Assembly: GCA_004357415.1 (NCBI GenBank)
Contig: SMVY01000029.1
Location: forward strand, 1-41,460
Length of the DNA: 41,460 nucleotides
From: Gemmatimonadota bacterium
GTDB taxonomy: Bacteria; Gemmatimonadota; Gemmatimonadetes; Gemmatimonadales; GWC2-71-9
Direction of reading: 5' to 3'
The position numbers were made by a program, and so were the translations under genes. Below the pieces are notes generated by a model, which was not told the DNA's origin, searched no databases, and saw nothing but the letters and a program-made list of their open reading frames with translations. Positions 35,785-41,460 of this stretch are shown in pieces (the first letter of the stretch is position 1; each line of letters begins with the position of its first letter).

Positions 35785-37414
35785 CGCCCTGCATGCCGAG
35801 CTGGCCCGGGTGGCACGGGAACTCGGTGCGGAGGATGTCAGCTTCGTGCTGGAGCGCCCCCGGGAGGCATCTCACGGGGATCTGGCGACGAACCTGGCGA
35901 TGTTGCTTGCCAAACAGCTCAAGTCCAATCCGCGGGCCCTTGCCGAGCAGATCGTTTCCCGGCTCGAGCTGGCCCCGTCGCTTGTTGCCAAGACCGAGGT
36001 AGCCGGCCCGGGGTTCATCAATTTCTGGTTGGCGGACGAGCAGCTGATCGAGGCCCTGCACACGATCATCGACCAGGGCCCGCGCTACGGCCGGAGCGAG
36101 GTGGACAAGCCCTTGTCGTGGAACGTGGAGTTCGTGTCGGCCAATCCGACCGGCCCGCTGCACGTGGGTCACGGGCGTGGCGCCGCGCTGGGTGACGCCA
36201 TAGCCTCGCTGTTGGAATGGCAGGGGCATACGGTAACCCGCGAGTTCTACGTCAACGACGCCGGCAGCCAGATCGACAAGCTGGCCCGCAGCCTGTGGGC
36301 CCGGGTGCAGCAGGCGGCCGGCGGGGAGACACCGATTCCCGACGGCGGCTACCACGGCCAGTACCTGGCCGACATGGCCGCCGAGATTCTGCAGCGCGAG
36401 GGGTCGGCGTTCGCTCAGTTGCCGGAGGAGGATGGGGTGGCCCGGTGCCGGGAGCTTGCGGTCAGCGCCCAACGGGCCGAGCAGGACCGCGACCTGTTGG
36501 CGTTCGGGGTGCGGTTCGATACGGTCACGTCCGAGCAGCAGTTGTACCGTGACGGCCGGGTGGACGCGGCGCTCGCGTTGTTGACGGAGCGTGATTTGAC
36601 GTACGAGGCGGATGGGGCGCTGTGGCTCAAGTCCTCCCAATTCGGCGACGACCAGAACCGGGTGCTTCGCAAGCAGGACGGCAGCCTGACCTATTTCGTT
36701 CCCGACCTGGCGTACCACATGGAAAAGCACGACCGCGGCTTCGACCGGGTCATCGACGTGTGGGGCGCGGATCACCACGGATACATTCCCCGCATGCGGG
36801 CGGCGCTCCGGGCACTGGGGTATTCCGAGCGCTTCTTCGACGTGGCGTTGGTCCAGTTGGTGAAGATCGTCCGCGGCGGGGAAGAGGTGAAGATGTCGAA
36901 GCGATCCGGCGACTTCGTGACGTTGCACGATTTGGTGGAGGAAGTCGGCGTGGACGCCGCGCGTTACTTCTTTCTGATGCGCCGCAGTGATTCGCAACTC
37001 AACTTCGACGTCGACCTCGCCAAGAGTCAGACGGAAGACAACCCGGTGTTCTACGTGCAGATGGCCCACGCGCGGATGAGTGGTATCTTCCGGGTAGCGG
37101 GACTCGATCCGGACACCGTGTCGCCCGATGTCCGATTGCAGGATTTCCCCGCCAAGGAAGGCATCGACCTCCTCAAGAAATTGACGGCCTTTCCATCGAT
37201 TGCCACCCGCGCGGCCCGCGAGTTGGAGCCGCACCGGATCGCCAGTTATCTCGAGGATGTCGCTCGCGCCACTCACTCGTGGTACCACAACTGCCGGGTT
37301 CTGGGAGCGCCGCCCGAGGTGGAGCGCGCCCGGCTGGCTCTCGCTCGCGCCGCGCGGATCACCCTCGCCAACGGTTTGACCCTACTCGGCCTTTCTGCGC
37401 CTGATCGGATGTGA
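35777..37414 (+). CDS. argS: arginine--tRNA ligase
   Basis: HIGH-type SANPTGPLHVGHGRGA, KMSKRSG, C-terminal anticodon-binding region. In-frame GTG at 35777 overlaps the zinc-ribbon gene end by 8 nt. The track start (35708) lies in the poly-Ser tract. Confidence 0.94.
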   Translation: MSDALHAELARVARELGAEDVSFVLERPREASHGDLATNLAMLLAKQLKSNPRALAEQIVSRLELAPSLVAKTEVAGPGFINFWLADEQLIEALHTIIDQGPRYGRSEVDKPLSWNVEFVSANPTGPLHVGHGRGAALGDAIASLLEWQGHTVTREFYVNDAGSQIDKLARSLWARVQQAAGGETPIPDGGYHGQYLADMAAEILQREGSAFAQLPEEDGVARCRELAVSAQRAEQDRDLLAFGVRFDTVTSEQQLYRDGRVDAALALLTERDLTYEADGALWLKSSQFGDDQNRVLRKQDGSLTYFVPDLAYHMEKHDRGFDRVIDVWGADHHGYIPRMRAALRALGYSERFFDVALVQLVKIVRGGEEVKMSKRSGDFVTLHDLVEEVGVDAARYFFLMRRSDSQLNFDVDLAKSQTEDNPVFYVQMAHARMSGIFRVAGLDPDTVSPDVRLQDFPAKEGIDLLKKLTAFPSIATRAARELEPHRIASYLEDVARATHSWYHNCRVLGAPPEVERARLALARAARITLANGLTLLGLSAPDRM

Positions 37415-37418
37415 CGTC

Positions 37419-38336
37419 ATGACGCTTCTCGTGGTCGGTAGTATCGCTCTCGACTCGGTAACGACCCCGTTCGGGGAAACCGCCGACGCCCTCGGGGGGT
37501 CGGCGGTGTTCTTCAGCGTGGCCGCGTCTCTGCTGCATCCGGTCAGCGTGGTCGGTGTCATCGGCGATGACTATCCCATCGCCGAGCTCGACCGGTGGAC
37601 CGAGCGTGGCGTGGACTGGTCTGCGGTCGAGCACGCCAAGGGAGAGAGCTTTCGCTGGAAGGGCCGGTACTCATACGATCTGCAAAACCGCGAAACGCTG
37701 GAGACACGGCTCGGCGTGTTCGCCGATTTTCAGCCGAAGATCTCCGATCACCTGCGCGATTCCCGGTACGTCTTTCTGGGAAACATCGACCCCGAACTGC
37801 AACTGATGGTGCTCGACCAGGTGCGCAAGCCCGAGTTGGTGGTGTGCGACACGATGAACTACTGGATCCAGAGCAAACGCGATGTGCTGATGGACCTGCT
37901 GGGCAGGATCGACGTTCTGATGGTCAACGACAGTGAGGCGCGGGAACTGTCCGGCGACTGGAACGTCTACCGGGCGGCGCGCTGGATCCTCGCGCAGGGC
38001 CCCTCCATGGCCGTCGTCAAGCAGGGTGAGTACGGCGCCGTGCTGGTCGACAAACAGAGCACCTTCTACATCCCGGCCTATCCCCTGGAAGAGGTGTTCG
38101 ATCCCACCGGCGCCGGCGACGCCTTCGCCGGAGGATTCATGGCCCACCTGGCCCGGACCGGCGACCTGACGGCGCACAACGTGCGCCGGGCCATGGTGTA
38201 CGGATCCGCCATGGGATCGTTTGCGGTGGAAGCGTTCTCGGTGAATCGGTTCCACGAAATCGGGCACCCCGAAGTAACCGACCGGGTACGCGCCTTCGCC
38301 GACCTGGTGCGCTTCGATATCCAGCCCGACCCCTAG
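37419..38336 (+). CDS. PfkB-family carbohydrate/nucleoside kinase
   Basis: DPTGAGDAFAGGF ATP/anion-hole motif. 305 aa with a ribokinase-like fold pattern. Substrate cannot be inferred. Confidence 0.8.
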   Translation: MTLLVVGSIALDSVTTPFGETADALGGSAVFFSVAASLLHPVSVVGVIGDDYPIAELDRWTERGVDWSAVEHAKGESFRWKGRYSYDLQNRETLETRLGVFADFQPKISDHLRDSRYVFLGNIDPELQLMVLDQVRKPELVVCDTMNYWIQSKRDVLMDLLGRIDVLMVNDSEARELSGDWNVYRAARWILAQGPSMAVVKQGEYGAVLVDKQSTFYIPAYPLEEVFDPTGAGDAFAGGFMAHLARTGDLTAHNVRRAMVYGSAMGSFAVEAFSVNRFHEIGHPEVTDRVRAFADLVRFDIQPDP

Positions 38337-38349
38337 GGGTACGTGCCCC

Positions 38350-39402
38350 ATGGCCGATTCTCCTTCGCCCTCCCAGAGCAAAGCAACCAGCTACCGCGAT
38401 GCCGGCGTCGATCTGGCCGCCGCGGAAACCGCCAAACAACGGATCGCCCAGACGGTCGCCGGCACGCGCACTCAGTGGGTCACCGGTACCGTCGGGGCCT
38501 TCGGCGGCATGGTGCGCGTGCCCGAGGGGTTCGCCGAGCCCACCCTCGTCATGAGCACCGACGGGGTGGGTACCAAGGTGCTGGTGGCGGAGGCCGCCGG
38601 GCGCTACCACACGGTGGGCGAGGATCTGGTCAACCACAGCGTCAACGACATCCTGGTACACGGGGCCACGCCGTTGGCGTTCATGGACTACATCGCCGGG
38701 GCCGATCTCACCGTCGACACCGTTGCCGACCTGGTCGAAGGCGTCGCCCGGGGGTGCCGGGCGCACAGCATGGCGCTGACCGGCGGCGAGACGGCCCAGA
38801 TGCCGGACGTCTACCAGCCCGGCCACTTCGACCTGGCCGGTACCATCGTCGGCGTGGTAGAGCGCGCCGCCGCCATTCACGGCGCCGCCATCGTCTCCGG
38901 CGATGTGCTGCTCGGCTATGGGTCTACCGGTCTCCACACAAACGGGTACACCCTGGCGCGCCGAATTTTATTCCACGACATGGGGCTGGCGATCGACGCT
39001 CCGCTGCCGGACACGGAAGGCACCGTGGCCGATGCGCTGCTTGCCGTACACCGCTCGTACTTCGACGCGGTGTGGCCGGTCATCGGTCACATGCACGGAA
39101 TGGCGCACATCACCGGCGGCGGTATCGCCGGCAACCTGGTCCGGATATTGCCCAAATCCACCAGCGCCGAGGTGGATGCGGAGAGTTGGCAGGTGCCGGC
39201 CTTGTTCACCGTGCTGCAACAGGGTGGCCGGGTGGACACCGCGGAGATGCGAGAGGTGTTCAACCTCGGCATCGGCTACATCGGTGTCCTGCCGGCCGAA
39301 TCGGTCACCAAGGCCGTCGAGGCGGCCGAACGAGCCGGGGTTGGAACGTGGGTCATTGGTGAGATCCGTACCGGGGATCGGGAGGTGCGGTTCACCACGT
39401 GA
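38350..39402 (+). CDS. purM: phosphoribosylformylglycinamidine cyclo-ligase (AIR synthetase)
   Basis: Motifs YRDAGVD, STDGVGTK, HITGGGI. 350 aa. Confidence 0.95.
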   Translation: MADSPSPSQSKATSYRDAGVDLAAAETAKQRIAQTVAGTRTQWVTGTVGAFGGMVRVPEGFAEPTLVMSTDGVGTKVLVAEAAGRYHTVGEDLVNHSVNDILVHGATPLAFMDYIAGADLTVDTVADLVEGVARGCRAHSMALTGGETAQMPDVYQPGHFDLAGTIVGVVERAAAIHGAAIVSGDVLLGYGSTGLHTNGYTLARRILFHDMGLAIDAPLPDTEGTVADALLAVHRSYFDAVWPVIGHMHGMAHITGGGIAGNLVRILPKSTSAEVDAESWQVPALFTVLQQGGRVDTAEMREVFNLGIGYIGVLPAESVTKAVEAAERAGVGTWVIGEIRTGDREVRFTT

Positions 39403-39411
39403 GGAGGCCGC

Positions 39412-40359
39412 ATGCGCTGGTCGCGATTTGCCCGGATAGGACTGTACTTGGCCATAGCAGGTCCCAGCGTGGGACTGGCGCAGAACAGCCAGTGCCAGCC
39501 CTTCAGCGGCACCGAGGGGAACCTGTGCAACGCCGCGATAGACGGTCTCAGGATCTACCAACCAGTCGTGGGACAGCTCATCAGCGGTGGTAACCCCGAA
39601 CTAGGCCGGGTGGGCATGCTGGGCGGCTTGGGACATTTCGCCGTCACCTTCCGGGCCAACGTGGCGCAGGTCAACCTTCCCAGCGACGGCTACGACGGCT
39701 CCAGCAACATCGTCCCCGCGGGTGATGACGTCACCGCCCCCGAACCAACGGTCGACTTGGCTGTGGGTCTCTACGGCGGCATGGAAAGCGGTTTCCTCGC
39801 CATCGACTTGCTCGGGGCCTTGCAACTCCTCCCCGGAAACAGCGACAACATCACCATCGACCCGGGGTCAGCCAGCATCGGAGGCGTGGCCCTCGGCTTC
39901 GGCGCCGGAGTGCGGGTCGGCCTGGCGGGCAACGACACCAGCCCGTTCGCCGCCACCGTGTCACTCATGTGGCGCCAGCTGCCGACCTACTCCTACACCA
40001 GCGGCGCCTACGCCTTCGGCACCGACCTGACCGCCACCAACCTGCGGGCGGTGCTGGGTTGGCACGCGTCGGTGTTCAGTGTCGGGTTCGGCGGTGGCGT
40101 CGATTGGTACAGCGGAGATGGCCGGGCCGTGTTCGCCGATCCGTCGCTGCCGCTGCTGCCGCAATCGGTTGCGGTCGATGTCGCTACCAGAAGGTTTCTC
40201 GCCTTTGCCGATGTGGCGCTGGTGTTCCCCGTGGTAAGCCTGGCGTTCGAAGTGGGCTATCAGTTTGGGGAGGACGAGCAACTCGCCACCACGTTCGAGG
40301 GGCTCGCTCCGGGAGACGGGTTGCTGTTTCTGTCTGCGGGGGTCAGGCTCGGGCTGTAG
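39412..40359 (+). CDS. secreted protein of unknown function, possible outer-membrane beta-barrel
   Basis: Strong SD GAGGAGG 5 nt upstream of the ATG. Signal peptide ...LAIAGPSVGLAQ. Gly/Ala/Ser-rich alternating strands and a C-terminal FLSAGVRLGL. Confidence 0.6.
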   Translation: MRWSRFARIGLYLAIAGPSVGLAQNSQCQPFSGTEGNLCNAAIDGLRIYQPVVGQLISGGNPELGRVGMLGGLGHFAVTFRANVAQVNLPSDGYDGSSNIVPAGDDVTAPEPTVDLAVGLYGGMESGFLAIDLLGALQLLPGNSDNITIDPGSASIGGVALGFGAGVRVGLAGNDTSPFAATVSLMWRQLPTYSYTSGAYAFGTDLTATNLRAVLGWHASVFSVGFGGGVDWYSGDGRAVFADPSLPLLPQSVAVDVATRRFLAFADVALVFPVVSLAFEVGYQFGEDEQLATTFEGLAPGDGLLFLSAGVRLGL

Positions 40360-40455
40360 ATCGGCAGCCCACCTGAATGAGGAACATTGAATAGTGGTTG
40401 CCAGGAATAGTGAAGTGAACTAAGAATTTGCAAATCACTTCGATATTAACTATTC
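40360..40455 (+). promoter_or_regulatory. AT-rich island sharing motifs with the fbp upstream island
   Basis: 40381-40440 is 22/60 G+C by hand count. Contains ATTGAAT (40386-40392) and ACTATTCATG (40449-40458). TGGCATTC occurs twice 16 nt apart (40457-40464, 40473-40480), just past the island end. Confidence 0.4.
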
Positions 40456-40590
40456 ATGGCATTCGATATTCCTGGCATTCCCGAGAGCTCTCTACTTGGT
40501 AACGGTTCTTCTTGGTACTCCGTTTATCCAACGGAGGCCAGTATCCGCAGACCGATTTGGGCGGTATCTGATTTTTCCGGAGTCGCCACC

Positions 40591-40977
40591 GTGCGCAATT
40601 GTCTTACGCTACTCGCCCTTCTTCTGTCGGTCGCTTCGAGTTCTGCGAATCCGGTTGCCGCTCAAGCTCCATCAATCGCGCTCAATGCGTCACATGCCTC
40701 TTTGTGGAACGGTGACGTTCTAGGCCATCCGCCACGATCGGAGCCAAGGAACGGACCCACGAATGCCGGCTTCGGCTCTGGAACGTACCTGGTTGAAGGT
40801 GCTGTCCTCGGGGGTCTACTGCTCGGCATACCACTTGGCCTTTTGTACATGGGAGGGCCAACTGCAGACTGCGGTTCCTCTTGCGGCGATCCTCTGTTGG
40901 GCCTAGCAGGCGTGGCCACGGGCGCCGTCATCGGTGGGCTCCTGGGGTCTCTTCTCGACAAGCCGTCAAGTCCATAG
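40591..40977 (+). CDS. small secreted glycine-zipper (YMGG-like) membrane protein
   Basis: GTG at 40591, 9 nt after GGAG, gives the signal peptide VRNCLTLLALLLSVASSSANPVAAQA. Two GxxxG-rich hydrophobic segments (GAVLGGLLLGIPLGLLYMGG, GVATGAVIGGLLGSLL). The alternative ATG at 40456 would add 45 non-hydrophobic residues. G+C and codon use are atypical for this window. Confidence 0.5.
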   Translation: MRNCLTLLALLLSVASSSANPVAAQAPSIALNASHASLWNGDVLGHPPRSEPRNGPTNAGFGSGTYLVEGAVLGGLLLGIPLGLLYMGGPTADCGSSCGDPLLGLAGVATGAVIGGLLGSLLDKPSSP

Positions 40978-41252
40978 GCAGCACAGTGTAGTCTTGGCTC
41001 CCCCTCCGGTGGTGTCTCCTGGGGGCTAGCACCGCGTTCTAAAGCTCCCTCCCGTGGGTTTCTACCTCTGTCCCGCCTAGTGTGGAGGGCGAGATTGTGT
41101 CTCAGCCCTCGAGCCCACGCAACCTGATCACAAGTCGGCCGTACCGCTCGCACCAGTCCGCCGCGTCCGGGTGCCATGTCGTGGGTCCGCCGTCGGAGGG
41201 TAGGGAAAGGCGTGCTGGAGGGGTTTATCGCCCTCGTCAGTCGGTCACCGTG

Positions 41253-41323
41253 GTGGTCGTAGCTCAATGGTAGAGCAGCAGCCTGATAATCTGCGGACGC
41301 GGGTTCGATTCCCGTCGGCCACC
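41253..41323 (+). tRNA. tRNA gene, anticodon GAU (Ile by anticodon) with atypical anticodon stem and His-like acceptor end
   Basis: Hand-folded cloverleaf. Acceptor GTGGTCG/CGGCCAC; TA; D arm GCTC-AATGGTA-GAGC; A; anticodon arm GCAGC-CTGATAA-TCTGC (31-39 is C.U); variable GGAC; T arm GCGGG-TTCGATT-CCCGT; discriminator C. G at -1 (41252). CCA is not encoded. Confidence 0.75.
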
Positions 41324-41400
41324 CAGCCATTCCCCTCGACCAACTGGCCTTGCGTCCAGACGTTTCGTGTTGTATGATGCCTCATCAGGCTGCTGCTCTA
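41271..41400. repeat. 17-bp perfect inverted repeat: arm 41271-41287 (inside the tRNA) and arm 41384-41400 (3' trailer)
   Basis: TAGAGCAGCAGCCTGAT versus ATCAGGCTGCTGCTCTA, exact reverse complements. The flanking bases on both sides do not pair. Confidence 0.95.
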
Positions 41401-41402
41401 AG

Positions 41403-41432
41403 GCTCACGGGGATTTATCTCCGTGGGCTTTT
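41403..41432 (+). terminator. rho-independent terminator
   Basis: Stem GCTCACGGGGA (41403-41413), loop TTTA, stem TCTCCGTGGGC (41418-41428) with two G.U pairs, followed by TTTTGTG. Confidence 0.7.
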
Positions 41433-41460
41433 GTGCACTGTGGCGGGGGACGGGGGGAGG

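Noticed and set aside
41295-41325. The T arm and acceptor end (GGACGCGGGTTCGATTCCCGTCGGCCACC) resemble the 3' end of tmRNA.
   Set aside because: A standard D arm and anticodon arm lie immediately upstream. The 5' acceptor strand is GUGGUCG, not the GGGG with G3.U70 expected for alanine charging. No tag reading frame or pseudoknot region is evident.
40662-41330. 222-aa minus-strand ORF and 63-aa plus-strand ORF (41082-41273) in the region upstream of the tRNA.
   Set aside because: Both overlap the tRNA gene. The translations are Pro/Arg/Gly-rich, with no motifs and no start context.
41362-41388. Hammerhead-ribozyme-like core on the minus strand: CUGAUGA-N15-GAAAC followed by GUC.
   Set aside because: The 15 nt between the core boxes (GGCAUCAUACAACAC) cannot form helix II beyond one G-C pair. 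The bases flanking the putative cleavage site do not form helix I. Only a weak helix III is possible.
41433-41460. G-rich window end (GGCGGGGGACGGGGGGAGG) as a possible G-quadruplex.
   Set aside because: It is truncated by the window edge, the tracts are unequal, and G-runs are common in this G+C-rich genome. There is no specific support.

Overview
High-G+C (roughly two-thirds by eye) diderm bacterial chromosome segment; the taxon cannot be set from sequence alone. It is almost entirely core housekeeping genes packed very tightly, with many 1-19 nt start/stop overlaps and frequent GTG/TTG starts. Gene order: (1) 1-10202, a dcw division/cell-wall cluster: murF (5'-truncated), mraY, murD, ftsW, murG, murC, ftsQ, ftsA, ftsZ, with no murB or ddl. 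(2) An M23 peptidase coupled to ftsZ, a vWA-like membrane protein, ftsY, recG. (3) On the minus strand, a BamB-like lipoprotein plus a small secreted protein. (4) asnS, mazG (-), alr, a DUF1844-like gene, deoB, cdd. (5) A coupled lipoprotein + outer-membrane barrel pair of unknown function. (6) miaB, comFB-like, comEC. (7) fbp and a split methylmalonyl-CoA mutase catalytic subunit. (8) An M1 aminopeptidase (-), a two-module metal-type permease, an FmdB zinc-ribbon protein with a repeat tail, argS, a PfkB kinase, purM, and two secreted hypotheticals. (9) At the 3' edge, a lower-G+C cassette, 275 nt of non-coding sequence, an atypical tRNA gene and an intrinsic terminator. I see no CRISPR array, transposase, integrase, toxin-antitoxin pair or recognisable defence system, and no convincing novel multi-gene system. 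The most unusual signal is the tRNA locus. Its anticodon reads Ile but its acceptor end looks like tRNA-His, and its D/anticodon arm has a perfect 17-nt antisense copy in its own 3' trailer. Secondary signals are AT-rich intergenic islands that share motifs, the lower-G+C gene next to the tRNA, a perfect hexanucleotide repeat in the zinc-ribbon gene, and several uncharacterised envelope gene pairs. All family calls rest on motifs read by eye and need HMM/BLAST confirmation.
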